From: Eledone cirrhosa
Taxonomy: Eukaryota
Direction of reading: 5' to 3'
Length of the DNA: 64,000 nucleotides
NCBI GenBank assembly: GCA_964016885.1
Contig: OZ024748.1
Location: forward strand, 47,554,001 to 47,618,000
Under the pieces are notes generated by a model, which was not told the origin of the DNA, did no database searches, and worked only from the letters and a program-made list of their open reading frames with translations. A program made the position numbers and the translations under genes. Shown here one piece after another: positions 1 through 16,350 of the stretch (position 1 is the first letter of the stretch; each line of letters starts with the position of its first letter).

Positions 1-194
1 TATAGTTATATATATATTATATATAGTTATATATATATTATATATAGTTATATGAAGGTTTGGTGCCATGCAGTCTAAGGCTTCACATAGATATTGCTAT
101 GATCACATACAGGAAAAAATACACAATGTGTGTGTATATATATGTATATATATATATATATGCGTGTGTGTGTGTGTATGTATTTATGTGTAGC

Positions 195-228
<34 letters not shown>

Positions 229-427
229 GGGGGGTATTTATGTGTAGCTATATATATATGTGTGTGTGTGTGTCTGTGTGTGTGTGTGTGTCTGTATGTG
301 TGTGTGTGTGTATTTATGTGTAGCTATATATATATATATGTGTGTGTGTGTGTGCGTGCATGTGTGTGTATAAAAGACATCCTTGGCGATTATATACCTA
401 TGTATGTATATATCTACAGATATAGAA

Positions 428-476
<49 letters not shown>

Positions 477-987
477 CAGATAGATAGATAGAGAGAGAGA
501 GGGGAACAGGTAGATAAATATGAAGCACTATAAGCAACAATGTATGTATGTGTGTATATATATATATATATATGTATTCACGTATGTATGTAATTATTAT
601 GTATGCATCCATTATATACATACACACATAATTGCATACACACACGCCTATATACATATAGACATTCATACTTGCGTGCATACATAGATACACATATACA
701 TACATAGATGCAAACAACCCTACATACCTACATATATACATCGATACACGTATGCATGCATACACACATACATACATATCTACACACACACGTACGTGCA
801 TACATATATATATATATATATACATAGATGCAAACATTCATACCTACATAAAAACACACACATAGATACACACATACATACACACATACACACATACAGG
901 TACACACACACATACATACACACACATACACATACACACACATACACATACACACATACACACACACACACATACACACACACACAT

Positions 988-1055
<68 letters not shown>

Positions 1056-1104
1056 CTAGGCTGGCGCCCGGCTACCATTGGCGTGTTCTACGGCATCCAT
1101 ATAT

Positions 1105-1171
<67 letters not shown>

Positions 1172-1217
1172 GCTGACGTACCTAGCTTCGCTTGGATAAA
1201 CAGACGATAAGCCGTAT

Positions 1218-1855
1218 GTGTAGTATGGTATACTATTACTGTTGAAAATATATAGTATAGTATTACTGTTGAAAATATATAGTATAGTATTACTGTTGAA
1301 AATATATATAGTATATTATAGTATTACTGTTGAAAATATATAGTATAGTATTACTGTTGAAAATATATAGTATAGTATTACTGTTGAAAATATATATAGT
1401 ATATTATAGTATTACTATTGAAAATATATAGTATAGTATTACTGTTGAAAATATATAGTATATTATAGTATAGTATTACTGTTGAAAATATATAGTATAG
1501 TATAGTATAGTATTACTGTTGAAAATATATAGTATAGTATAGTATAGTATAGTATTACTGTTGAAAATATATAGTATAGTATAGTATAGTATTACTGTTG
1601 AAAATATATAGTATAGTATAGTATAGTATTACTGTTGAAAATATATAGTATAGTATAGTATAGTATTACTGTTGAAAATATATAGTATAGTATTAATGTT
1701 GAAAATATATAGTACAGTATTACTTTTGAAAATATATAGTACAGTTCAGTATTACTGTTGAAAATATATAGTATAGTATATTATTAATGTTGAAAATATA
1801 TAGTACAGTATTACTGTTGAAAATATATAGTATAGTATTACTGTTGAAAATATGT
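1218..1855. repeat. Minisatellite, core TAGTATTACTGTTGAAAATATA with variable (TAGTA)n spacers
   Basis: The core recurs many times in tandem. It lies next to a degenerate Helitron-like terminus near 1170. Confidence 0.9.
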
Positions 1856-1896
1856 ACACGAATATATAATTATATATCTTAACAATAATAAAGAAA

Positions 1897-2366
1897 GGAG
1901 TGCGGGACTGCGTCCAGAATATTTTTTTTACCCCGTTTGTAAAATAAGTTAGAATACTTTGAATAAATAATGAATGAATCTTACATAATTTATGTGCTAA
2001 ACTTCGTGACTGTTGATTAAATATATTTTATAGCTTATTTAAAGATTCACTTCTTTAAAATGTTCAAATGTCAACACTTCCGGTTAGCAGCCGTTATATT
2101 ATAACACTTATAAAAATATCGCATATATTTCCGTCGCTAATTTTCTCCTAATGCAGTTTATATATAATATCGTCTTTTTTTAAATGTATCATAGATTACT
2201 TTACTGATTACAGAAGACAGTGTAACATAGGCTTCGTTCAATTTCTGTGTATATTGTCAATTACGATTTTATTTGATGTATCATGTCTACATGTATATAT
2301 ATTTGTGTATAATATCAATCCACTCATGCCAGCAGAAAACCACCCGAGGAGTGGTTTTTCTGCTAG
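1897..2366 (+). mobile_element. Non-autonomous Helitron-like repeat, copy 1
   Basis: Ends in hairpin GAAAACCAC-CCGAGGA-GTGGTTTTT followed by CTAG|T. Similar to 3640-4069, with an inverted partial copy near 2940-3050. Confidence 0.6.
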
Positions 2367-2700
2367 TATATATAATTGATTGTATAATTGAAGTTGGTTA
2401 GAAGCGAAGTCAATGCAGACAGGCAGACATACAGACAGATATTATAAGGGCGCGACATTATAGCTATGTATCTATCTAAAAAGACAGTAAGAAAGAGAGA
2501 GGAATGTCGTATTATATATATTATATATAATAAAGTACCAGTAATGTACTGAGATAATTGCTGGTCGTGTGCCAAAAGTAGAAACAATTATACTTCTTTT
2601 TATACAACTGTAAATAACATATTTATGTATGTATATATACGTATAAAGGAATGCTGTAATAAAATGTACAAATTAAAGTGTCTCTTATTTATGATACTAA

Positions 2701-2765
<65 letters not shown>

Positions 2766-3151
2766 TACACATACACTATATATATACACACACACTATAT
2801 ATATACACACACACACACAACGAAGTCAATGTACAGAATGGTTTTCGTAATGCAGACACTCAGACATACAGACAGATATTATAAAGGCGTGACGTTGTAG
2901 CTATGTATCTGTCTAAAACGACAGACCAAAGAGAGATATCGCTAACCAGAAGTGTTTACATTTCAAAATTTTAAAGACGTGAATATTTAAATAAACAATA
3001 AAATATCTTTAATCTTTTAACTAAATTTAGTAGACAAAAATACCCTCACTTTCTTACTTGGAAAAAGTTACATCTATGGTGGAAATTTGGTGCTGTTTGG
3101 TCCAGCCGTTTGGTGAAAAGTTTGTTACATTACATACATACGGCCGTCAGC

Positions 3152-3284
<133 letters not shown>

Positions 3285-3339
3285 AATTGTTCTCGGTATG
3301 TTGTGTTACTACTTCTATATATCTATATATATATATATA

Positions 3340-3637
3340 ACCAAAAGTTTATATGGTTCGTTGATTATTCAACGAATACAATTTAACAATAGATTAGAAG
3401 CACTCGACAGGATTTCATCTGGAGTATTTAATATTTTTCAAAATATTAATAAATGGAAAATATTATCATAACCAAAATATAAAAATGTTGAGGGTTGGTG
3501 AAATAAATTACTACCACTACAGGAATTGAATAATCAAAACCTTAGCGGTATGTCGCATATCCAATCTCTCAAATATTTTATCTGATGAAGACGTACTGAA
3601 ATACCATTGTACCTTTGAAATCTAAACTATAATAAAA
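3340..3637. mobile_element. Diverged relative of fold-back family E (tail on - strand, hammerhead on + strand)
   Basis: GAAGCACTCGACA...CTGGAGTA tail motif at about 3397-3426, shared with 19085 and 60753. TATTTTAT-CTGATGA-AGACGTAC...GTACCTTT-GAAA...ATAAAA at 3574-3637. Confidence 0.6.
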
Positions 3638-3639
3638 GG

Positions 3640-4069
3640 GGGAGCGTGGGACTTCGTACGGTTTATAATTTTTTTTATCCCATTAGTAAAATAAGTTGGA
3701 TTACTTTGAATAAATAATCAATGAATATTACATAATTTATCTACTAAATTTCGTGGCTATTGATTAAATATATATTGCTTATTTAAAGATTCACTTCTTT
3801 AAAATTTCTGAAATGTTAACACTTGCGGTTGGCGATCGCTTAAATAAACATACTAATTTTCTCCTAAAGCAGTTTATATATAATATCATCTTTTTTTAAT
3901 GTATCATGGATTACGTTACTGATTACATAAGACAGTGTAACGCATTCTTCGCTCAATTTCTATGTATTATATATTGTCAATTACAATTGTATTTGATGTA
4001 TCATATCTAAATATATATACACACTACACATGCTAACACAAATCCACCCAAGGGTGGTTTTTCTACTAG
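3640..4069 (+). mobile_element. Non-autonomous Helitron-like repeat, copy 2
   Basis: Colinear with 1897-2366. Terminal hairpin CCACCC-AA-GGGTGG followed by CTAG|T. Confidence 0.6.
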
Positions 4070-4128
4070 TATGTATAATAAAATATATATTTTAGTTATG
4101 AGAATATTTTTCATTTATTAATATTTTG

Positions 4129-4201
<73 letters not shown>

Positions 4202-4243
4202 CACATATACATATATGCACACACACATACATATATGCACACC

Positions 4244-4274
<31 letters not shown>

Positions 4275-4658
4275 ACATAGATATACATCCATAAATGTAC
4301 GCACACATACACACACACAACCTGGGCGATATTATATTTCAACACAGAGTTTAGAGAGCATAAAGTGGCAGACATTTTGTCCTAGCTTTTAACGACCTTG
4401 TCAATTTCCCGCCTAAATAGAAGACTTAGTTCTCAGCTCTTATACATATTTCTATCTACGGAAAAGGGGGAAATATCCAGTAGATCCTTGGATATTTACT
4501 TGAGAAGGGGTGAAAATTGAGAGATTAGCCAGAATAATATCTGTGTAAATGTTTACATGGAAATGTAGGAAACTATGTTTATTGACACAGTGTCGTTATA
4601 GTGTAAACATGTCATCGTGTTGTACATACATACCTACATATATACATACATGCATATA

Positions 4659-4699
<41 letters not shown>

Positions 4700-4778
4700 T
4701 TGTATACATTCATACAGACTCGCATATATATATATATATTCTAACCCATGCTAGAGTGGAAAATGGACGTTAAACAAA

Positions 4779-4840
<62 letters not shown>

Positions 4841-4920
4841 CCTGTGAGTAAAACAAGATTCCATGCTTATTTTACACCTCTCTCTCTCTCTTTCTCTCTG
4901 GTATGTGGCTATGTATGTAC

Positions 4921-4972
<52 letters not shown>

Positions 4973-5032
4973 TAATATGTGTATATATATATACGTCTAT
5001 TTATATACACAAACTTATATGTGTATATGTAC

Positions 5033-5079
<47 letters not shown>

Positions 5080-5169
5080 GAGAGAGAAATAGATGTGGGT
5101 TGGGTTGTATGTATATATACGTGAAAGTATACATGTATATTAGCCAGAAGCAGTGTAATAAATGATAGG

Positions 5170-5202
<33 letters not shown>

Positions 5203-5282
5203 ATAACCTATACATCGGTGAACTATTTTCTAGGAAAGATAAATGAAGTGAGAAATTGTTTCTCTGTGATTTGAATAGCGAG

Positions 5283-5921
5283 AACAACAGCAAAAATAAC
5301 AACAGCAACAGCAACAACAGCAATAATAACAGCAACAACAGCAACATCACCACCAACAACAACAGCAAAAATAACAACAACAGCAACAGCAACAACAGCA
5401 ATAATAACAACAACAACAGCAACATCACCAACAACAACAACAGCAAAAATAACAACAACAGCAACAGCAACAACAGCAATAATAACAGCAACAACAGCAA
5501 CATCACCAACAACAACAACAGCAAAAATAACAACAACAGCAACAGCAACAACAGCAATAATAACAACAACAACAGCAACATCACCAACAACAACAACAGC
5601 AAAAATAACAGCAACAGCAACAGCAACAACAGCAATAATAACAGCAACAACAGCAACATCACCAACAACAACAACAGCAAAAATAACAACAACAGCAACA
5701 ACAACAACAGCAATAATAACAGCAACAACAGCAACACCAGCAAAAATAACAACACCAGCAACAGCAGCAACAACAGCAATAATAACAGCAACAACAACAG
5801 CAATAATAACAGCAACAACAACAGCAATAATAACAGCAACAACAACAATAGCAACAACAACAACAACAACAACAATAGCAACAACAACAACAACAACAGC
5901 AGCAATAATAACAACAACAAC
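5283..5921. repeat. (AAC/AGC)n compound trinucleotide array with higher-order units
   Basis: Seen directly in the sequence. Confidence 0.95.
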
Positions 5922-6099
5922 AGTAGTAGTAAAATCAGAAAAAAGTAACAACATATACGAGACTACGACATGCAATTATGTAGCAGCAACAGCAGCAACA
6001 ACAGTTTCAGCAACAGCAGCAGTTTCAGCAACAGCAGCAACAGCAACAGCAATAACACCAGCAACAATAGCAACATCATCAGGTGTATGTAGCTGGGAG

Positions 6100-7930
6100 A
6101 TATGGGGATGATGGCGGTGATGGTCGTAGTATCAGTGGTGTCGTTGGTGTTGGTGTTGCTGGCCTTGGTGGTGGTGGTGGTGGTGGTGGTGGTGGTGGTG
6201 TTGTTGGTGGTGGTGTTGTTGGTGATGGTGGTGGTGGTGGTGGTGGTGGTCGTGGTGTTGCTGGTGGTGGTGGTGGTGTTGGTGGTGGTCGTGGTGGTGG
6301 TCGTGGTGTTGCTGGTGGTGGTGGTGTTGGTGGTGGTGGTGGTGGTGGTGGTGGTGGTCGTGGTGTTGCTGGTGGTGGTGGTGGTGGTGGTGGTGGTGGT
6401 GGTGGTGGTCGTGGTGTTGCTGGTGGTGGTGTTGGTGTTGGTGGTGGTGGTGGTGGTGGTCGTGGTGTTGCTGGTGGTGGTGGTGGTGGTGGTGGTGGTG
6501 GTGGTGGTGGTGGTGGTGGTGGTGGTGGTGGTGGTGGTGGTGTTGCTGGTGTTGGTGGTGGTGGTGGTGGTCTTGGTGGTGGTGGTGTTGGTGGTGGTGG
6601 AGGTGGTGGTGGTGGTGGTGTTGCTGGTGTTGGTGGTGGTGGTGGTGGTGTTGGTGGTGGTGGTGTTGGTGATGATGTTGGCGGCTATGGTTGTAGTGAT
6701 GGTGATAGTGGTGGTGGTGGTGGTGGTGGTAGTGGTGGTGTTGGTGTTGGTGGTGGTGGTGGTGGTGGTGGTGGTGTTGGTGGTGGTGTTGGTGTTGGTG
6801 GTGGTGGTGGTGTTGGTGTTGATATTGGTGGCTTTGTAGTGATGGTGATAGTGGTGGTGGTGGTGTTGGTGGTGGTGTTGGTGTTGGTGGTGGTGGTGGT
6901 GTTGGTGTTGGTGGTGGTGGTGGTGGTGGTGGTGGTGTTGGTGGTGGTGTTGGTGTTGGTGGTGGTGGTGGTGTTGGTGTTGGTGGTGGTGGTGGTGGTG
7001 GTGGTGGTGTTGGTGGTGGTGTTGGTGTTGGTGGTGGTGGTGGTGTTGGTGTTGGTGGTGGTGGTGGTGTTGGTGGTGGTGGTGGTGTTGGTGTTGGTGG
7101 TGGTGGTGGTGTTGGTGTTGATATTGGTGGCTTTGTAGTGATGGTGATAGTGGTGGTGGTGGTGTTGGTGGTGGTGTTGGTGTTGGTGGTGGTGGTGGTG
7201 TTGGTGTTGGTGGTGGTGTTGGTGTTGGTGTTGATATTGGTGGCTTTGTAGTGATGGTGATAGTGGTGGTGGTGGTGTTGGTGGTGGTGTTGGTGTTGGT
7301 GGTGGTGGTGGTGTTGGTGTTGGTGGTGGTGGTGGTGGTGGTGGTGTTGGTGGTGGTGTTGGTGTTGGTGGTGGTGGTGGTGTTGGTGTTGGTGGTGGTG
7401 GTGGTGGTGGTGTTGGTGGTGGTGTTGGTGTTGGTGGTGGTGGTGGTGTTGGTGTTGGTGGTGGTGGTGGTGTTGGTGTTGGTGGTGGTGGTGGTGGTGG
7501 TGATGATGTTGGCGGCTATGGTTGTAGTGATGGTGATAGTGGTGGTGGTGTTGGTGGTGGTGGTGGTGGTGTCGGTGGTCAAGGTGGTGGTGTTGGTGAT
7601 GATGTTGGCGGCTATGGTTGTAGTCATGGTGATAGTGGTGGTGGTGTCGGTGGTCAAGGTGGTGGTGTTGGTGATGATGTTGGCGGCTATGGTTGCAGTG
7701 ATAGTGATGGTGGTGTTGATGGTGTTGATGTAGGTGGTGGTGATGTTGCCGGCAATGGTAGTAGTGATGGTGATGGTGGTGATGATGGTGTTCGTGGTGA
7801 TGTTGCCGGCAATGGTAGTAGTGATGGTGATGGTGGTGATGATGGTGTTCGTGGTGATGTTGGCGGCTATGGTGATGGTATTGATGATGGTTATGATGAT
7901 GGTTATAGTGGCAGTGGTGAGAGTGGTGGT
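6100..7930. repeat. (GGT/GTT)n compound trinucleotide array
   Basis: Seen directly in the sequence. Confidence 0.95.
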
Positions 7931-8421
7931 TTTTATAACACCATCCCTATTACCACTTTTGTTTTATTTTCATTGTAATTCAAAGACGAAATATACTCCC
8001 CCTCGGGTCACTATAGTAACCGTGTGTCAGAGAGAGAGAGAGAGAGTGTGAGAGAGTGCGAGAATGAGCGAGAGAGAGGGGTGAGAGAAAGGGAGATCAG
8101 GATTACAAGTTGACAAATATATATGGTGAGGTAGTTCTTGTTTAATCCAGGCGTTTACACAATTACCGGTGTTTATCCACGGATTATGGCCATACTGCGG
8201 CAACGCCATTATCAGTAGAGAGTCGGACGCCATGCTTTGCAGCATAGAGTTACGGCCCTTTATGTGGTGGTGGTGGTGTGGTGGGGAGGGATGGCGTGTG
8301 GTGTGGTGGGGAGGGATGACGTGTGGTGTAGTGGGGAGGGATGGTGTATGTGGTGGGGTGGGTGGGGATATTGGAGGGAAATTTGGTTTTTATTTTTAGC
8401 ATGTCATACAACTCTATACAG

Positions 8422-8609
8422 CAGGCATGTCAAACATGCGGCCCTTTTCAAGCACTCCTGCGGCCCGCACGATGGTTTTTACAGCGCGAGCATGTTTTAT
8501 CTTCGTAAAATTAGTTGTAATGTACGCAATTATTTGTTTCATGTGGCCCTCAGGCCACACATATGTGACCCATGTGGTCCTCGGGGGGACCCTCAGTTTG
8601 AAATGCCTG
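8422..8609. mobile_element. hAT (Charlie-like) MITE
   Basis: TIRs CAGGCATGTCAAAC / GTTTGAAATGCCTG. 8-bp TSD CTATACAG / TTATACAG (7/8 match). Subterminal GCGGCCC motifs. Confidence 0.85.
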
Positions 8610-9150
8610 TTATACAGCCTTCAGTGTCAATAGAATGAGTTAATATCTTAGAACTAAGTTATTGAAGAAGGTTTGGTAAATATATGCCAGCTTAAACATC
8701 CGAACAATGCTAATATGATCACATTTTAAAATAACGTGTTTGTTGTGTATAAAACCGTATCGTTTGATTGGGATTTGGGGGTTGCTATTTCTTGCATGGT
8801 AAACATCTATATAAAGGCATTCTCGTGTCTGTAGGGAATGTGGTAATATCACAGAATCGGATTATTATTGAAGGTTTGGGAAATATACGCCTTTCTAAAC
8901 ATGTGGACAGCGTTTCTATGGTAACACTTCTTTAAAATTACATGTATATAGTTTCGAGTATCGGCGCCATCATTCAATTCCGTGAGGTGTGTGGTAGCGT
9001 GTTAGATATCAGAACCATTCACTTTGACATTGTCAATGGGTTAACAATTTATCAAACCCTCTGTGACGCAGTCGACCGTTAGATCTTCCAGTCACAGCCA
9101 TTAACAAGCCTACTTTCCTTCCTCTCTCTCTCTCTTACTCTCTCTCTCTC

Positions 9151-9229
<79 letters not shown>

Positions 9230-9359
9230 ACATACATACATATACACACATAACACATACATGTATATATATACACACTTAACACACACACATATATATA
9301 TATATATCATGCATACATATACATATTTATTTATATGTATATATACATATATGCACATA

Positions 9360-9418
<59 letters not shown>

Positions 9419-9519
9419 GTGTATATATATATTGAGAGATAAATGAAGGTAAGTGGTTATCGATTGATTTGCCGCCAAAACGAAGCTTGTTATCAAAATC
9501 CACTTGAAAGCTCACAATG

Positions 9520-9870
9520 AAGGACATTTCGTAAATTTATAGAGAGAAATCTAAGACATATAGGTAGAGTAAACGACCATTTTAGTCGATAGTGGTTCAC
9601 AGATGGTAGCCTCAACTTAATCTCACAAACAAACCCGTGACATCACAGAGAAACTAGAATGAACGAGATAAAGATAGGAGACAGGAAACAACTAAGAACT
9701 CCTATCTCCTTCAATGTGTACAAACTGGTTGAGTCTGTAGAGCGTCGCACAAAAGGCTTTGCGCTATTTGTTACGACTTTCTTTGCCCTGAATTTTGATA
9801 CTTTCGAAGTCAATACTGCTATTAATCCTGTCAGGACTGTTAAAAATGAAATGCCAATCGATGGTGATTG
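9520..9870 (-). pseudogene. Possible decayed 7TM GPCR fragment (TM5-ICL3-TM6-TM7)
   Basis: Hydrophobic ISFLTVLTGLIAVLT, basic SKVSKFRAKK, KEIGVL plus hydrophobic SPIFISFILV. After a stop and frameshift comes MVVYSTYMS/RF, resembling a TM7-helix 8 motif. Pattern recognition only. Confidence 0.3.
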
Positions 9871-9924
9871 ATTTGTTGATTGGTGGGATTGTAGAGTGTT
9901 GGACAAAAATGTTCGTAGCACTCG

Positions 9925-10310
9925 AGAGTAAGGAGGAAATTGTTTACAAACCGGAGACAATATGTGTACCCGGCTATGTGTACCCAAGGGCTATGACGGG
10001 GTGTTAAACCTAAACCGAAAGACAGATTAAGTCTAACAGCTATACAAGCCAGAGTGAAATTTGGTAGAGGGTAAGGATGAAATTGTTTAGAAACAGGAGA
10101 CAGATTGTGTACACGGCTAAATGTACCCAAGGGCTATGGCGTGGTTTTAAAACTAAACTGGAAGACAGATTAAGTCTAACAGCCATGTAAGCCAGAGTAA
10201 GATTTGGTAGAGAGTAAGGAGAAAATAGTTTACAAACCGGAGACAGAGTGTATACCCGGCTAGAGGTACCCAGAGAATAAGTCAATCAGTCATGTAAGCC
10301 AGAGTGAGAT
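9925..10310. repeat. 143-bp tandem repeat, about 2.5 diverged copies
   Basis: GAAATTGTTTACAAACCGGAGACA-like motif at 9936, 10079 and about 10222. Confidence 0.85.
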
Positions 10311-10428
10311 TTAAAACAGTGAAAGCAGCGATGCAAAGATCCGAAACAAACAAATACCGTTAGAAAGTATCGGTTCCAATACTTTATCGTTCCCGCCAAT
10401 CCACTTCCCCTACGTCTTATAAGTATAA

Positions 10429-10522
<94 letters not shown>

Positions 10523-10672
10523 ATATGTATGTATGTATGTGTGTGTGAGTGTTCACATATAAATACATACATATATATATATATATACATACATATACAT
10601 ATGTATGAATGTATGTGTGTGTGAGTGTTTACATATAAATACATACATATATATATATATACATACATATAC

Positions 10673-10703
<31 letters not shown>

Positions 10704-10870
10704 TGTATGTATGTATGTATGTATATATGTATGTATGTATTTATAGGACTGTCTAGTTTGTTATGGTTGGAAAACTATATTATTTTCCATTGTAAAATAA
10801 AGGAATCATTATCCAATACATCATTTTAAGTACTCAAATATCTATCTATATATATATATGTGTGTGTGTG

Positions 10871-10913
<43 letters not shown>

Positions 10914-11834
10914 ATATGTATGTATATATACATATATAAATGTGTGTGTATATGTGTGTGTGAGCTAGTAATTAAGTGAAAGAACACTCTAGAAGAGAGA
11001 TGAAAAGTGAAAGAGAGAGACAGAGCTTGGAGAACAATATTTCCACAACTTTGAAAAGAAAAGTAAAAATATATTTACTCTCCAGTATTTTAGCAAAGAA
11101 TTTCCAGTCTGACTAGTTTCGTTCTAGTCTGGTGTTCTTCGTTTTAGTTGTATTGATCGACCGAGCCTTCTTCCCCATCATTTCACTCCCCCCAGCAGCC
11201 ACCTCTCTCTTTTCTATCTCACTCTTCATCTCTCTCTATCTGATTTTCACTCTCTCCACTCTCTTCCTTCCCTCTCTCTTTTCTCTCTCACTCTTCATCT
11301 CTCTCACTTCTCTATCTCTCTATACCTCTCTTCCTTTCATCTCTCTCTCTCTCTTCCTTTCCTCGCTCTCATATCTCTCATCCGTTATCTCTATCTCTCC
11401 CTTTATCTCTCTCTCTCTCTCTCCCAATCTTCATCTCTCTCACCTCTCTATCTCTCTCTTCCTTTCCTATCTCTCTCATATCTCTCACCCGTTATCACTC
11501 ACTCTCTCTCCTTCCCCTGCCTCTCTGTCTCACCATTGATCTCTGTCTCTCTCTCTCTCTCTACTTTTCTCTGTCTCTCCCTTTATGTATCTGTCCTCTC
11601 TCTATATCCCTCCCACAATATCTATCTCTTTCTCTCTATCCCTCCCTTAATCTCTCTCTGTCTCTCACCCTTCCTCTCTCACTCAGCTCTTCTCTAGTTT
11701 AACCTACCAACAACTTAGTATGACAGTTCCGGTCTATGAAGAAACTGTCCTCCAAGAGTGGCCATTACCACTCAACTTCCTTATATGGCATTGAAGTCAT
11801 TCCACAACACATTCATTACACACACACACACACA

Positions 11835-13301
<1,467 letters not shown>

Positions 13302-13417
13302 TTAATAAGAGGAATTTCAACTTTTTCTGATTTACTCGTTTTATTTACAATCCTTTAACATTTATAATGGTATTATAATGAAATAGTATGATAGAATATT
13401 AAATGTTAAGTGTTAAT

Positions 13418-13456
13418 TGAACAAGTACTTTCATGCTTTTGCAATCTTCAGGTTCA
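13418..13456 (-). ncRNA. Minimal type-I hammerhead ribozyme motif (family A, short arm)
   Basis: Reverse complement of 13532-13570, core intact. Confidence 0.7.
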
Positions 13457-13531
13457 TAATATGTGGTGACAGTCAAGTTTGCAATTTTCAACTGAGTTGA
13501 AAATTGCAAACTTGACTGTCACCACATATTA

Positions 13532-13570
13532 TGAACCTGAAGATTGCAAAAGCATGAAAGTACTTGTTCA
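13532..13570 (+). ncRNA. Minimal type-I hammerhead ribozyme motif (family A, long arm)
   Basis: TGAAC-CTGAAGA-T-TGC-AAAA-GCA-T-GAAA-GTAC-TT-GTTCA. Stem I TGAAC/GTTCA, palindromic stem III AGTACT. Confidence 0.7.
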
Positions 13571-13736
13571 ATTAACACTTAACATTTAATATTCCATCAT
13601 ACTATTTCATTATAATACCATTATAAATTTTAAATGATTGTAAATAAAACGAGTATATAAGACAAAATTGGAATTCCTATTATTAATATAATCTTCTATA
13701 GACAATCATACACACCCGTGTATATTTATCTATCTA

Positions 13737-13808
<72 letters not shown>

Positions 13809-13830
13809 TATATATATATATATATATATA

Positions 13831-13864
<34 letters not shown>

Positions 13865-13868
13865 TATA

Positions 13869-14180
13869 TGTAGGAGGTGAGTTTTATTGTAGTACAATAA
13901 AGCAATGCAGATATCGGATAAGAAGCACTCTACAGTTTGTAGGACTGGAGTATACATAATACATAAGATCTATAAATTGATAATATATAAGATATATAAA
14001 TTGATAAAGAATTGAATATTATCTGTATACTTTGTGAAATGTCTTATGGAATTTATGCAAGCAGATAGAAAACAAATCTGTTCGTCTATTTATTATAGAA
14101 TCTAGATTAGAGATAATGGTATTCCATAAGACATTTAAACAAAGTATACAGCTAATATTCAATTCTTTATCAATTTAGAA
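13869..14180 (-). mobile_element. Fold-back element with family D tail
   Basis: 13869-13965 is the reverse complement of the tail at 53800-53892. Inverted arms at about 13997-14053 / 14121-14177. Confidence 0.65.
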
Positions 14181-14584
14181 TCTTTTCTCAAAGGCACATA
14201 TACATACACCTCTTTTAAAATATACCCATCTTCCTACCTTATTTCAAAGGGTATTATACACTCTATAATACTTGTTTACTCATTACCCTTACTCTATTAT
14301 CACCTTGTAAAATCCTTCGTAACATATACATTTGTTTATTCATCCTTAATTCATTATTTTTTTCTCCCCATCATCTAACTCATTCTTAATACATATTAAC
14401 TCTTTCTTCGCACATATTATCAATTCCTTCAATATACAAACCTTAACTTCACATTATTTTTCTCAAATCCTTCAATACACAAACCTTAATAATATTTTTT
14501 TCTCTTCGTTAATTTCCATAATACTTGTAAACATACAATATATATGCATATATATATATATATATGCATATATATATATATATA

Positions 14585-14672
<88 letters not shown>

Positions 14673-14713
14673 TATATATATATATATATATATATGCATA
14701 TATATATATATGC

Positions 14714-14774
<61 letters not shown>

Positions 14775-14944
14775 TATATATGCATATATATATATATATA
14801 TGCATATATATATAGTGTGTTTGTGTATATATATATGTACGTATATATTTGAATATATATATGTCTGTGTATACACATAAAAATGTATAATTACATATAT
14901 ATATATAAACGCCTACACAGTACAATCTATATAGCTAAGCGTGT

Positions 14945-15055
<111 letters not shown>

Positions 15056-15232
15056 TGTGGGTGTAGATATATAGATATACACACACACATACAAACACAC
15101 ACAAAAAGAATATAAGCAAAACATTTCGCTGGAGTTTTTGTAGTGCAAAAAAAAAAGAATACACACACATATATGTATATACATATATATATGTATATAC
15201 AGACACAGTCACACATATACGAACACAGGCAA

Positions 15233-15302
<70 letters not shown>

Positions 15303-15620
15303 GCACACACACACACACACACACACAGACCCACACACATACGAGTACATACACACAAAGAGAATGTGTGGTAGAATATATCTCCAGAGTTTTTGACTGT
15401 ATTGTAGTACAAAGTATAGAATGTATGTAGTTTGAAGGAAACAGTTTGACAAAGTGTTGAAATGAAAAAGACCAGCAAAAGACCCCGTCTTCGGCAGCTC
15501 ATTAGTTGGACATTGTTCACAACTTCGACCTACATCTCAACTATTATTACTTTCATTCATTTCTTACTTTCTTTCCTTCCGTACTTCTTTCAGACTATCT
15601 TTATTTCTTACCCTCTTTTC

Positions 15621-16350
15621 TTCTTTTCATTCTTTCTATATCTTCTCTCCTTCTTTTCATTCTTTCTCTATCTTCTTTCCTTCTTTTCATTCTTTCTATA
15701 TCTTCTCTCCTTCTTTTCATTCTTTCTATATCTTCTCTCCTTCTTCTCATTCTTTCTATATCTTCTCTCCTTCTTTTCATTCTTTCTATATCTTCTCTCC
15801 TTCTTTTCATTCTTTCTCTATCTTCTTTTCTTCTTTTCATTCTTTCTATATCTTCTCTCCTTCTTCTCATTCTTTCTCTATCTTCTTTTCTTCTTTTCAT
15901 TCTTTCTATATCTTCTCTCCTTCTTCTCATTCTTTCTATATCTTCTTTCCTTCTTTTCATTCTTTCTATATCTTCTCTCCTTCTTCTCATTCTTTCTCTA
16001 TCTTCTTTCCTTCTTTTCATTCTTTCTATATCTTCTTTCCTTCTTTTCATTCTTTCTATATCTTCTCTCCTTCTTCTCATTCTTTCTCTATCTTCTTTTC
16101 TTCTTTTCATTCTTTCTATATCTTCCCTCCTTCTTCTCATTCTTTCTCTATCTTCTCTCCTTCTTTTCATTCTTTCTATATCTTCTTTCCTTCTTTTCTT
16201 TCCTTCTTTTCATTCTTTCTCTATCTTCTTTCATTCTTTTCTTTCCTTCTTTTCATTCTTTCTCTATCTTCTTTCCTTCTTTTCATTCTTTCCTTCTTTT
16301 CATTCATTCTCTATCTTCTTTCCTTCTTTTCATTCTTTCTCTATATTTCT
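15621..16350. repeat. 30-bp pyrimidine-rich minisatellite TTCTTTTCATTCTTTCTATATCTTCTCTCC
   Basis: Exact 30-bp period, visible as vertical alignment in the 60-nt lines. Confidence 0.95.

Larger units (their letters stand above)
13301..13729 (+). mobile_element. Fold-back family A, copy 1 (about 190-bp arms, apex 13494, tail to 13729)
   Basis: Near-perfect palindrome 13301-13687 flanked by (TA)n, with a hammerhead motif in each arm. Second copy at 42858-43287. Confidence 0.9.

Noticed and set aside
5015-8051. Long poly-L/V/T/G/N ORFs
   Set aside because: Trinucleotide arrays open in many frames, with no splice or codon evidence.
13301-13687. Long palindromes as pre-miRNAs, ordinary MITEs or read fold-back artefacts
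   Set aside because: The one-sided tails, scattered arm mismatches, recurrence of the same apex at separate loci and embedded hammerheads argue against these. Read-level confirmation is still desirable.
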